Origin: Nemertoderma westbladi
Lineage: Eukaryota > Animalia > Xenacoelomorpha
Length of the DNA stretch: 64,000 nt
Direction of reading: 5' to 3'
NCBI GenBank assembly: GCA_032718475.1
Contig: JAUCBJ010001234.1
Location: forward strand, 1 to 64,000
Shown here piece after piece: positions 39,064-51,513 of the stretch (the first letter of the stretch is position 1; each line of letters begins with the position of its first letter). The notes below the pieces were generated by a model. That model saw only the letters and a list, made by a program, of their open reading frames with translations. It did not search any database and was not told the DNA's origin. The position numbers were made by a program, and so were the translations under genes.

Positions 39064-39873
39064 TAGTGCTGCGAACTGAATCAATATTTGACTAGTTTCA
39101 GTTTCAGTTCCAGTTTCAGTTCGAATAAACCTATTTATTTCAGTTCCAGTTCCAGTTTCCAAAAAAAAATAGTTTCAGTTTCAGTTCTAGTTTCAGTTTG
39201 AATGAGGCTGTTTATTTAAGTTCCAGTTTCAGTTCCGGAAAAAAAATAGTTTCAGTTTCAATTCAAGTTTCATAACAATAATAAGTAATAAGAAGGCCTA
39301 CCGCTGTCATCCTATAGCAACCACAATACTGTATATATATATATTCAGTACTAACTGTATATATTTATATTTATGGACCAGTGTTGAGAATTCCAGAATT
39401 ATACGAATATTAATTATTATCCTACAATAACTGAATAATAATTATAGTAGTAGTAATTTTATTGACAGAATATAGGAATAATACCTGTATAAACCACCGC
39501 AAGGAAGTGCAGGTAATATTAACATTCGCAATACCTTCCCAAAAGTTAATAATTACAAACTCCGCTGGGAGGAGCTGAAAACAGGCCTTTACTTATGCCG
39601 TAACCGTATTGTTTTGTTTTTTTTATTCCCTGGGGGGGGGGGGGGGGGCATATTGTAATTTATGTTTACATTTATTTTCAATTTATTACTTCCAGTTTTC
39701 AATTTTCAGAATTCAGTTCCAGTTCCAGTATTTCAATATATCACGTTTCAGTTCTAGTTTCAGTTTCAGTTTTAAAAAAATTAAAGTTTCAGTTCCAGTT
39801 CAGAAAAAATGCCCAAAACAATTTCAGTTCGATTTCAGTTCCAGTTCAGTTTCAGTTTCAGTTCGCAGCACTA
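39064..39873. mobile_element. hAT-type MITE
   Basis: TIR TAGTGCTGCGAACTGAA / TTCAGTTCGCAGCACTA and a perfect 8-bp TSD GCAGCAAT. Internal TTTCAG repeats. Confidence 0.9.
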
Positions 39874-40136
39874 GCAGCAATGCTATCCCCGTTTCTCTCA
39901 GACATACACCTTGTGGTGAGGACAGTGATGTGCTATTGATTCGTTATTTCTTGGATTTTTGGTCTGTTACCTTACCGTTAACAGACAGACAGTCGAAACC
40001 AACATGAATAGCTCTGCTGAGTGCTGACACTCATATATAGGGGGGGATAAACATTGTTTAGCATCATTGTTATATATCAAAATGATTATTAAACGACTTA
40101 AATATCTAAAGAAACGTAATAAATATATTATCTAAC

Positions 40137-40292
40137 CTTAGCTGTTCCTGGTTTGTGTAAAATATGGCCGACATATATTGGGGAGCGTGGGAAGCAGAAC
40201 AATCGTGGTTGTTCCAAAAGATTCCGAGGAGGTGTTTGTAGGTGATCCTGGAGGGGTCGTACTCTATGTGAACTGATTCCGTGTGGTCGCCA
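40137..40292 (-). CDS. MSRA: Selenoprotein MsrA, internal exon
   Basis: GGTAG|T ... AG|GTTAGA. Reads GDHTESVHIEYDPSRITYKHLLGIFWNNHD...QYMSAIFY, which are core MsrA motifs. Confidence 0.95.
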
Positions 40293-40824
40293 CTACCAGA
40301 TATAATGCAAACTTAATTGATATAATTACTGGTAAACCGGTAAACGAAGTGTGTGGGAACGAATAAAGAGTATTTTTAAACGGAAGGATCCTTCACTTTA
40401 TATTGTCTGCAGCATGCAGACAGCCAGCATCGAACTTCACGGAAAGGCGCAACTGCTATCTCACCGATAATTTTCGGTCGCTACTGTAACTACTTCGCTA
40501 AATTCTATACAAACTGTGACAAAGATTGAATTGTTGTTTTAGTTTGAAGAGATAATATAAGAAGGTATGATTTTGATAGTGAGTGACATCCGACCAATAA
40601 AAATCAATCCCTCTCAGGAGAATAACAGCGGATTACTCTGAAAAATAAAACTGTAACCTGCCTACTTAACTTTTGTTTATTGTTTTAGTTAGAATAATGT
40701 GCCACTGTAACTGGATCATTTCTCATAATTTACAATTTAACATTGATGAGATACTATTCCTTTTATTCACCAGAAGCAGAAAGCGACTTCCAACTATTCG
40801 AGTAAAGTAATAATAATAACTTAC

Positions 40825-41012
40825 AGACTCCTGTATGTTGGGTTAGCTTTGGCTCCACCGGTGTAGCCCACTTTAGTCCGTATGACACCCGGCATGGCAC
40901 CAAACATCGCCTCGGGAAACCAAAATCAGCTCATTCCGAAAACCGCCACGCCGGAGCCCATTACCACAGGTTCCCTTATTGACATTGGCTTAGCGGATTG
41001 AGTGGCGTGGAC
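40825..41012 (-). CDS. MSRA: Selenoprotein MsrA, catalytic exon with Sec codon (TGA at 40926-40928)
   Basis: TTTTAG|G ... CT|GTAAGT. Reads VHATQSAKPMSIREPVVMGSGVAVFGMS-U-FWFPEAMFGAMPGVIRTKVGYTGGAKANPTYRSL. The TGA aligns with the Cys of the GCFW motif. Confidence 0.95.
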
Positions 41013-41121
41013 CTAAAATAAACAAGAAAGAGTCTAGTGAGCTAGTATATTGATATTTTACAATTAAATACTTGGGTATTAAATACTGGGCCCATCGTTT
41101 AATTCAACAGCCCCATTTGGT

Positions 41122-41565
41122 CAGAGCCGTAACACCAAATCTTTGCCCCCCCCCCCCCCCCCCCCCGCGCCCTGCCCCCAATATGCAGGATGGCAAACTG
41201 CTAGTTTAAAATTTAAGTGTTGATTTTTATGACAGAAATTTAGTTAATGTTTTCAAATAAGGCAATTCAAATTTCTGATTTGGATGAAATAATCACGAAA
41301 ATTATTAACTAAACGCAATGTAATAATGAAGAGATGGGGAGGGGTAGATAACTAACTCAGTCTGGTTGAACAAAGAAGGAACACAGGGCACTCACTGCTC
41401 ACTAACAAGTATCAATATATAGGTAGGCAATTCAAGATCTCTTGGGCCTCTGTAATTTCCCCAGTACAAAAGGAAGGATTTTATCAGTAATTTTATTGGG
41501 AGGGCCCCAAGCGTAGGAAGGCCCTACGCTAAAGCGAAATTAGCTTCCTTGTTAACACGGCCCTG
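41122..41565. mobile_element. hAT-type MITE
   Basis: Termini CAGAGCCGT / ACGGCCCTG and a perfect 8-bp TSD CATTTGGT. Confidence 0.85.
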
Positions 41566-42383
41566 CATTTGGTGTTGTCACATATATGATATAAAAATAT
41601 GGTGAAATCATCATCTTATTGGAGAGGAAATAGTTGGATGGACTTCACCACCTTCACACACCATCTAGCTGGTCAAATAAGCCGCTCCTGGGCTCTTGTC
41701 CTGCGCAGAAACGAAAGGTTAAACCAACGAGGCAGATCAATAGAAGAGCGCTGTAAATTCCCCTGCTTTGTATAATTGTACAAAATGATATAATAGCGGA
41801 CATATATATTTTCAACTTTTTATCCTTCACTCTTTCCGTCATCTAATGTTGTCCTTGCCACTCTGCTTTACGCCTACTGTTGGTTATAACTTTAAGATAA
41901 CAAGATACGAATTTGTATTTAAGTTTTTAATTTCATTCATTCAGGTCTACAATTATTCAAAATTACATTTTTTAAATCGTTACATCTTACCTTATACCGG
42001 TACCGTAATAATACCAGTTCTAACTAATTACACCATTTTACATTTAAAATCTACATCCTAAAACTTGACAGTATTCTGGGTCTGTGTCATTAATTAAGGC
42101 AATGTGTCATTTTGTTCAACGAGAGAGTGACAGTGAGCATGCGCGTGCATTAAAAGGCGAGGGGTTTGAAATTTATGTAAATCAGTACCGGTACCGGTAA
42201 TCACCGAAACACGGGAGCGGGGCGGACTGCTGCTGGACTGGACCAGACAAACACCACAACAAACTGATCAACCAGCAATCGCCTCATCGCTGCTGTACCA
42301 CAGTACTGCAGTAACTTCATGGTGCGGAACGGGCTGACCGTTACCGGAATGAATATTTTAAATTAGGAACTATGTCTGCTCAC

Positions 42384-42446
42384 CGGATAAACGTTTGTTG
42401 CTCTGGAAGATAATCCTTTAACAATATCCCGAAACAAAGTTAACAT
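42384..42446 (-). CDS. MSRA: Candidate MsrA first coding exon (mitochondrial-presequence-like)
   Basis: ATG...MLTLFRDIVKGLSSRATNVYP|GTGAGC. The phase-0 donor matches the phase-0 acceptor at 41012. Confidence 0.6.
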
Positions 42447-44014
42447 CGAAAATAATACTGTAATAAATCAAAGTCAGAATGTACCGGTAGGTACAGTAAA
42501 CAGGCCAATGTACCAGGTAACACAGACTCTACCTACAACGGTACTCGGGAACTGCAGTGTCGCAATAGCGGCACGGTATGAACGTATATGGATTAATATA
42601 GCTGTACAGTGTAATAATTGGTCATACACCAATCAGCAAAGATTAGGTAGGCCTAAGACTGTCACGGGTAGCGGTAGGTTAGATGTAGATTTAAGGAAGC
42701 ATAAACAGACAAAGGGAGTTACCGGTATCATGAATCATTTTATCAAAACAGGTTGTTTGTTTAGGTTTGGTTGCTACGTTACGTGTGAAGTGGTCGGTGG
42801 TATATTGTGTACACCTTGGTGAAAGAGCTGGGATTTTCAGTTCCGTTACCGTGTATTTTTGTCAGCAGTATTTTTGTTTTGTCAGAAATATCAGTATGTT
42901 ATCGTTATGTTTATGTACTATTTAGTACAGTATTTCGGGAGGACTTTCTTCAAGATGGCGGGACAATAGTGCTATGCTGTAAAGATCGGAGGTCCGGTGA
43001 CAAAAGTCTCGAATCCACTTTCTTATTATATAGCTCTGCTGGACTTTCGTCACGAAAATTTCAGGTGAAACCTCGACCGCACAAGACCAACTTACAGACG
43101 TTGGGCTGGGTATATCTAAAGTCTATAGCTGAACCGCCCTGGCACATGAGTATTTGAGTAGGTCGGTTAACTAGCACATACCAATTTAAAACACACACAA
43201 ACTACAGTAAATGTGTTATTAAAATAAAATTCACGTGTAGGATTCTGTATGGCTTTCTGACAATTTTGTATATTATATTCTCACACACCCAATGCAATAC
43301 AGGACTACAGCAATAACTTCGCTCTAAGTATCATTTATAAAATAACTTTGATTCACAGTGTTATATTCCGTAGGCGTTAGAAAATAATTCGCCTCAACAG
43401 TGATCTGCAAAAATATAGTAGCAAACTTGGTCGTGGGGATATGGCATGGGATACATGATATATCCATGCAATGAGTCGTACTGTATAATTAATAATAGAG
43501 TACGACATTGTCTTCCATTCCATACCTAACGCAGTACGCATTATGCAGTAAGTCTGGACTGACTGCAGTAAGTACTGTACTACATATACAGTATTTGAAG
43601 AGTACATGGCGCAGTGTACGTACTGTACTGCACTACTGTACTGTGCCGTACTGTTCAAGGTGGCTGCTATTGTAACCTATATTAATCGAACTAAAGTATT
43701 ACATAAAATCAAGGTGGGCGTTGTTTTGTTAACCAGAAACGCATTAGTTAAATCACATCTCATCACTTTTAAATCTCATAACTCTTTAAGTTAGCAGTTT
43801 ACCTGATACCTTGTTGTCTGGAGTGTATGTCGAACCAAAGGATTCAATTTATTTTACAGAAAGTACAACGGGGCGAACTGCAAGCAATAAGTTTATCAGA
43901 AGAGAATAAAAGCATAATATTGGAGATTTTAATGGTCATGTTTCTGGTCGGAAGAATTCGCATGGAAAGGGAAGTTCTTAGCATTTGCGAGGATTCGAAT
44001 CTCGAGAAAATTAA

Positions 44015-45766
44015 TAATGTACCGGTACCACCGTCTCACAAGGATCTCATGTTCAGGCGAAAGGGAATACTGTACCACCGTCTCACAAGGATCTCATGTT
44101 CAGGCGAAAGGGAATAATGTACCACCGTCTCACAAGGTTCTCATGTTCTGGCGAAAGGGAATAATGTACCACCGTCTCACAAGGATCTCATGTTCAGGCG
44201 AAAGGGAATATTGTACCGGTACCACCGTCTCACAAGGATCTCATGTTCAGGCGAAAGGGAATAATGTACCGGTACCACCGTCTCACAAGGATCTCATGTT
44301 CAGGCGAAAGGAAACAATGTACCACCGCCTCACAAGGTTCTCATGTTCAGGCGAAAGGGAATAATGTACCACCGTCTCACAAGGATCTCATATTCAGGCG
44401 AAAGGGAATATTGTACCGGTACCACCGTCTCACAAGGATCTCATGTTCAGGCGAAAGGGAATAATGTACCACCGCCTCACAAGGTTCTCATGTTCAGGCG
44501 AAAGGGAATAATGTACCACCGTCTCACAAGGATCTCATATTCAGGCGAAAGGGAATATTGTACCGGTACCACCGTCTCACAAGGATCTCATGTTCAGGCG
44601 AAAGGGAATAATGTACCACCATCTCACAAGGATATCATGTTCAGGCGAAAGGAAATAATGTACCACCGCTGTACCGCGGTACTGTCTCACAAGGTTCTCA
44701 TGTTCAGGCGAAAGGGAATAATGTACCACCGCTGTACCGCGGTACTGTCTCACAAGGATCTCATGTTCACGTGAAAGGGAATAATGTACCGGTACCACCG
44801 TCTCACAAGGATCTCATGTTCAGGCGAAAGGGAATAATGTACCACCGCTGTACCGCGGTACCGTCTCACAAGGATCTCAAGTTCAGGCGAAAGGGAATAA
44901 TGTACCGGTACCACCGTCTCACAAGGATCTCATGATCAGGCGAAAATGAATAATGTACCACCATCTCACAAGGATCTCACATTAAGGCGAAAGGGAATAA
45001 TGTACCACCGCTGTACCGCGGTACCGTCTCACAAGGATCTCAAGTTCAGGCGAAAGGGAATAATGTACCGGTACCACCGTCTCACAAGGATCTCATGATC
45101 AGGCGAAAATGAATAATGTACCACCATCTCACAAGGATCTCACATTAAGGCGAAAGGGAATAATGTACCACCGCTGTACCGCGGTACCGTCTCACAAGGA
45201 TCTCATGTTCAGGTGAAAGGGAATAATGTACCGGTACCACCGTCTCACAAGGATCTCATGATCAGGCGAAAGGGAATAATGTACCGGTACCACCGTCTCA
45301 CAAGGATCTCATGTTCAGGCGAAAGGGAATAATGTACCGGTACCACCGTCTCACAAGGATCACATGTTCAGGCGAAAAGGAATAATGTACCACCGTCTCA
45401 CAAGGATCTCACATTAAGTCGAAAGGGAATAATGTACCACCGTCTCACAAGGATCTCATGTTCAGGCGAAAAGGAATAATGTACCACTGTCTCACAAGGA
45501 TCTCACATTAAGGCGAAAGGGAATAATGTACCACCATCTCACAAGGATCTCACGTTCAGGCGAAAGGGAATAATGTACCACCGTCTCACAAGGATCTCAC
45601 GTTCAGGCGAAAGGGAATAATGTACCACCGTCTCACAAGGATCTCATGTTCAGGCGAAAGGGAATAATGTACCGGTACCACCGTCTCACAAGGATCTCAT
45701 GTTCAGGCGAAAGGGAAATAATGTACCACCGTCTCACAAGGATCTCATGTTCAGGCGAAAGGGAAC
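44015..45766. repeat. Minisatellite, ~47-62 bp unit AATGTACCACCGTCTCACAAGGATCTCATGTTCAGGCGAAAGGGAAT
   Basis: Directly visible tandem array with GGTACC and GCTGTACCGCG insertion variants. Confidence 0.97.
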
Positions 45767-47087
45767 CTGCTAAGTCAAATAGACTCGAAAACATGTTTGT
45801 TCAAATCGAGTGTCATTGAATAGATACGTTGGCAAACATGATGAACGATTTGTGCTCCAGTAATTACTATTTTTAGACGATACGGTAATTTTTTGCGGAG
45901 TAGAGGGAGTTGTGCTAAGCAAATAAATATATTTATTGAATTTTGTAAGTTGTTTAACATGAAAATTAGTAGTAAAAAAACTAAATTTATGGTAACTAAT
46001 GTGAGTGAAATAGATAAAAATGAATTTGAATTCGGCGACATTATAATAAAAAATACTGACAACTAATGTACGTTTATCTTGGTGATGTATTCTCCTCACT
46101 AGACGGACTGTTACGCACAGCAAAACGGTTACATATAGAACAGTGTGCAAAATAAGTAAATTATCAACATTAATAATGCGCTAAATTAAAATTATGTTAA
46201 ATGTAAGAATTGCAACGACAAATTAACTTTATTTACTGTAGTAATAATTAATGCGGCCAACGTTTCAGCTATTATTAATTCCAATATTAAGAAATCTTTT
46301 TTGAGGTTAAAAACAATTGGACTGAAGAAGCAGCTTATTTTGCTTACGAATTATTTAATTACGTAAATAAAATAGCAATTATAATAGCAATATATAATAG
46401 CAATTATATAGTAGATAGTATATAGCCAATATAAAGAATGAGGCGATTACAAAGAGTAAATTTACTGTAAAACGTATTTATGATTAAATCCAATAGAGTT
46501 ATCGGTACATGGTTAGGTACATGTTTAGGAGAATTTAATAAATTTATACCAGATATTACGATAAAAATTGTGTCAACGTTCCGTTTGAGTTCACATTAAC
46601 TAAGAGTATAATGTTGTATACTGTATAATGTATACTGTTGCTAACAGAATCAGTACGTAGAAATTTTCCGGTTGTACTTACCGATAATTTTAATCATTTT
46701 ATGCAATAATTGAATAGTCCAGAATTATTGATCTTACAATTTTTAGGTGCCGTTTTACATGAACTACAGTAGATCTGTGATTTTTCCTCTGTAATAAAAT
46801 TGAGATTTACCCGGAAATTCTAATTAATTTAGTAAATAGGCCAAAGTGTATGTTTTATTGTTTTTATTTTTAAGCGATTAACTACAATGTATGGACTGAT
46901 ACTTTTTTCTTTGGACTTGTGTTCGTTAACCGGTATTCAATTACAAATTGTAACCTACAGTAGTATCTTGGATTTATTGTGCATATTATATTATTGTGAT
47001 GAATTGTCTATTATTTATATTGATCGCCGCAAGTCAATAAGTATATATATAGCCCAACATACATGTAGCGGGGTCTATGGACTTTAC

Positions 47088-47246
47088 CTCTATGTGAGTG
47101 TCGGTGTTGTGTTCTAGTTCTACTGATAACAAGGAACTCCATTTTAGAAGAGGAGTGAGCATGAGCAATAACTCTCCCGAATAGCTGTAGAACAGCAATA
47201 CTGCAACAAGGCCCCCAAGAATAGAGAGCAGTCCGTAAACAGCCAT
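47088..47246 (-). CDS. MSRA: Candidate alternative MsrA first coding exon (signal peptide/anchor)
   Basis: MAVYGLLSILGGLVAVLLFYSYSG...THIE|GTAAAG, 53 codons with a phase-0 donor. Confidence 0.5.
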
Positions 47247-47984
47247 GTTATTGATTAAACCAAAACACTGATAGTAACTGCATTATAGCCTATACCGACC
47301 GACCATACTGTACTGTAAATTATAACAGTATGTCTATATTTACGCACCACAGTAGTATAAGTACGGTACAGTACATGTCATGATGTGCACAGTAGGCCTA
47401 CAGAGAAGTGCGCCATCTACTATAGAGTAACAAGAGTTAAATCTATATGATAATCTCTACATTATGTGTCATCATTTATTTGACCAGAACGCCGCTATTA
47501 TTTTGCACAATTATTAATTGATTAAATTGTTAATGAACAGTATGTGCAGTAAACAGTTCGACGTGTAATCATATGCGCTTTAGGCTACAATAATTAGCAT
47601 AATCAGCTGTGCATTCGGGTTTTATATATAACCATATGGCGTACATGTGAGTTAATGTCAACAATATATCGGAATTGAGTTATTTATTGAGTCATACCGC
47701 GCTGCTTTTGGCCGCACCACATCATACTGTTATAGTATTGACAAGGAATAGGGTTGGGTTGGAGCGCGAAAAAATTGTTGGGGTATAGATAAAATTGACT
47801 AAGGGGTAACAAGGTGCCCTGAATCGAATGTCGGAGTGTATTTTTTGTAGAAATACGAGGAAACGGTCAAAATGGCGGGTTTAAGTAATCACGGAAAGCC
47901 AATTTTGAAACTCTACTGTGATTGGCTGAGGCTACAGATTTGACATCACTACAAAGTGCTCTGATAATTTTTTATCTTGGTTTC

Positions 47985-49280
47985 TGTAAAAGCTTCTGTG
48001 GGATATAACTGGCCCCTTTGCTTCGCAATCCAGTTTCCCCCCAGGCGCTGGAATACTCTAAAAAGGTTCTATAACTGTATAAATATTCCCCTCGCCCTCA
48101 AGGTACCGTTACAGGTGTTTTAACGGACATAAAAGTCATTTTGCTATATACGTGTTTTAGCGGACATGGTAAGACAAAAAACCTGCAATGTGGCAAATAC
48201 CTTTCATAGCTTAGCCGTGATGATTCATATTACAACATCTAACAGCTGGTTGCTGACATGGAAACAGCCATTGGACGCATAGTTCTTTGTTTGGCTTGAG
48301 CCAATCAGAGCGATTTTTCCTGTCGACGTGTAGCTTTTCGGTCGATCATAAGGAGAGTGTTCAGTCTTACTGTTTTTTTTTCTTGATACTTTGTTGTTAT
48401 TGCTGTCTAGGCCAGGAACAACGGCTCTAGAATCAATTCGTTTCATACTTTTATAAGAAACATTAGTAGGCTAAAATTATAGAGCGTATGACTGTTAACA
48501 ATTCATATATCAACTCAATTCTTATCACTTCAATGCAATTCAATTCATATCAACTGGTTTCTATTTTTATATTATCGGTTCAATATACATTATTATACTG
48601 CTGTTTACTATTGTGTTTGGTTGAATATTATTTGGAGAACATATATAAAGAACCCAAATTTCCCAATTTTCTTGATACACTACAGGTTAGAGAGACGGGT
48701 TATATATAGCGATTGCGACTTATATTGTTGTGGTTTGTAGTGAATTTAATGCTATTTGATAAGCACTACATTGGTCCGTTGCTATTCTCTTTATATATGA
48801 TAAAATTCATTAACGGTCGGCAAATTAGTGAGCAGTATTGTGTGTTACCGGTAGTGTGCATGATTGTGATTGATAACTAAGCATTTCCTAAAGAATGCGC
48901 CTCATACGTGAATCTTAAGCCTTACCGACTTACCGTTGTGATTAGTGTAAGTCATATCTCTGTTTACCTAGATAGAGCGCAACGTCCTAAAGGAACTGTT
49001 AATATTTCCCGAAAGTAAATAATATTAGTCAGAAATTAATTATTAACGATCAATCGAATAATACAATACCGTAAGCTTCACTGCAATAATAATTTAAGCC
49101 GACAGAATCCAGTCTCCTGGGATTATCCAGCGGGTGAATGGACGCGCACTAGGCTGGCTTCTGCTAATGTTGTGTTTATTGGTACTAAATATTTGTCTTC
49201 TTCTAAAAGTATATTTATAAACCAAAAGACATATAAATTTTGGCAGGTTAAACTGCTAAAGGTCTTCAAAAGCGCGTACA
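47985..49280 (+). mobile_element. 5' LTR of BEL/Pao retrotransposon (~1.3 kb)
   Basis: Starts TGTAAAAGC and ends AAAGCGCGTACA. Both ends match the TSD-flanked mini-LTR at 9598-9707. CCAAT (48301) and a TATA-like motif (48452) lie inside. The 3' LTR is not in the window, so the boundaries are inferred. Confidence 0.7.
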
Positions 49281-49639
49281 ATAACAGTCATTGACTTTAT
49301 TGCAGTAAGCAATAAAGTTGAAAGTACCGGTCAACCGGTAAACCTGAACCGGTACTTCTGTAGGTCAGTAGGCCCAACTGCCAGAACCGGTACTGCTGTA
49401 GGTCCGTAGGTCCAACTGCCAGAACCGGTACTTCTGTAGGTCCGTAGGCCCAACTGTCCTAACCGGTACTTCCAGTATAAGTACATTAGTATTATTCGAT
49501 TTGATTATTGTATACCGGTAGGTCTCGATATTAAATCGGGGACGCCTGGTTTTTATTGGGATTTTACTTAGGTCTATTTCTGTCAGTTTTATTTCCTAGT
49601 AAGTTAATATTGAGCTGAAGACGTGTAAGTCTGCTCAGA

Positions 49640-50220
49640 TTGTTCAGATAATTGTAGGCCGGACTGTTGTCAGATTGTTGTTGGGTTTGGAGAGATTACG
49701 GCGTGTGTGGAGTTTGTCCGATAGAGTGCCAGTTAGTAAGTTGGGGCAGCCATTGCTGTAAGGTCAATCCCCTCTTAAAGAATAAGTCGTACTACCGTGT
49801 TAGAACGCATACTAACTAACAATTTTGGAATCTGCACATACTGTAGTTTATTTAGGCTTGACAGTATTCTGCCAGCGTTTTGGCTTGTGTTTGTTTGTGT
49901 GGTCTGTTCAGATACCGTAATAGTTATTACTCAGATATTTTGTAGGCTGGATTGTTGTCTAGCTATTATTAGGTCTGAAGAGATTGCTGCTTGTGTAGAG
50001 TTTGTCTGATAAAGTGCCAGTTAGTAAGTTGGGGCAGTCATAACTGTAAGGTCAATCCCCTCTTAAAGAATAACCCGTACTACCGTGTTAGAACGCATAC
50101 TAACTAACCGTTTTGGAATCTGCACATACAGTAGTTTATTTAGGCTTGGTGGTAGTCTGCCAGCGTTTGGTTTGTATTTTGTTTGAGTATCCTGTACGGG
50201 TAGCGTAATATTTATTATTC
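49640..50220 (+). repeat. ~289-bp tandem duplication in the retrotransposon leader
   Basis: GTGCCAGTTAGTAAGTTGGGGCAG...GTAAGGTCAATCCCCTCTTAAAGAATAA...TACTACCGTGTTAGAACGCATACTAACTAAC occurs at ~49725 and ~50014. Confidence 0.9.
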
Positions 50221-51513
50221 AGAGTTTATGCGATTATTCGCAACATTCATGTCCCCAAGTTTATTCCTACAGTAATTGTGTTTGTTACACATACCGTTAT
50301 AGTTAAATTAACCCCGGTACTACACGGGCTGCTTGGCGTAGGACAAGACTGGTGACTTTGTGCTCTGGTCACTCCAGCAGATGCCGTGGTTCTTTTAACT
50401 GTTCAAGTATATTTAACTACTGATTATTTGTTGTACCAGTACTTGTACCTAATTTAGGGTTTAGTGTACAGTGCTTTCCGAAAGTAATTAGTGTGTAGGC
50501 AATTATATTTGTGTTGTAAAGTGGTTAATAGGCACGCTGGATCTGGTAGTCCGCGGTAATTAACTTCCAGGTAGGAACACTCCGTGATACATAACGTAGT
50601 ACCTATAGCGATACGGCTATAGGTCGTCAGGCGGTGGTATTTTCCTATCTGGACAGCGCAGTGTATTTACTACTACTTATTATTTTCAAATACCGTAGTA
50701 CCCTGTCCGTTGTAATAACCAGAATTCTAACCCTTTGTTAGACTGGTTTGTAGACTTCTTGTAAAATTACCCTAAAAATTCGTACGTAATAATTTTTGTT
50801 GTGTTTAACTAGAGATTTAATCTCACCCGTATCGTAAGTAATTTGTAGTATTAAGTAACTTAGGTAAATTAGAAATATCAGTTTTAGTGTCAAATAAATA
50901 GCACTTCACTGAGAGCGCACAGCTTCTGTGTAGTGACCCCCAGAAATAATAACATTTATTTCAAATATTGACAAAACCCATTTTAAACGGGTATATATCT
51001 ATTATAAATCAATTCAAACGATTTATAAATAGTAGGCCTGCCATACAACAACTAGGTCTAAAATTCAGTTGGACTACTGCTTAAATAACGGTAATAAAGT
51101 AAGTTAAAGTAACCAAGTAACCCTAAATATTCAGAAAATCAATTATTCTAAAATAATTGACATACCGGTATTTATCATAGGCTTATTATATTTATTTCTA
51201 TAAATTTGAGCTGAAATCATACCGGTATTCTGTAATAATTCTAGTTCATAATTATACTTATATATACTATAAGTGTAAGCTGTATACCGGTATTCACGAT
51301 AGGCCTATTATATATTTATATATATTTGTGCTAAAATTATATACCGGTACTCTGTGACAAACCTAGTTTACAATACTTATATATATATTATAAGCGCATA
51401 CTGGTATTCTAATACTGTAATAAATTACCGGTACTAGGCCAACGGTCATACTGAATTACTAGACTTGCTTTAACTGTAACTATAGCAGTAGGCATTCAAC
51501 TGTATAGCTAAAC

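Noticed and set aside
40926-40928. Nonsense mutation making MsrA a pseudogene
   Set aside because: The TGA is exactly at the catalytic Cys position, all other exons are intact, and a canonical SECIS is present.
43827-44798. Cluster of short ORFs
   Set aside because: They are derived from the ~47-bp minisatellite.
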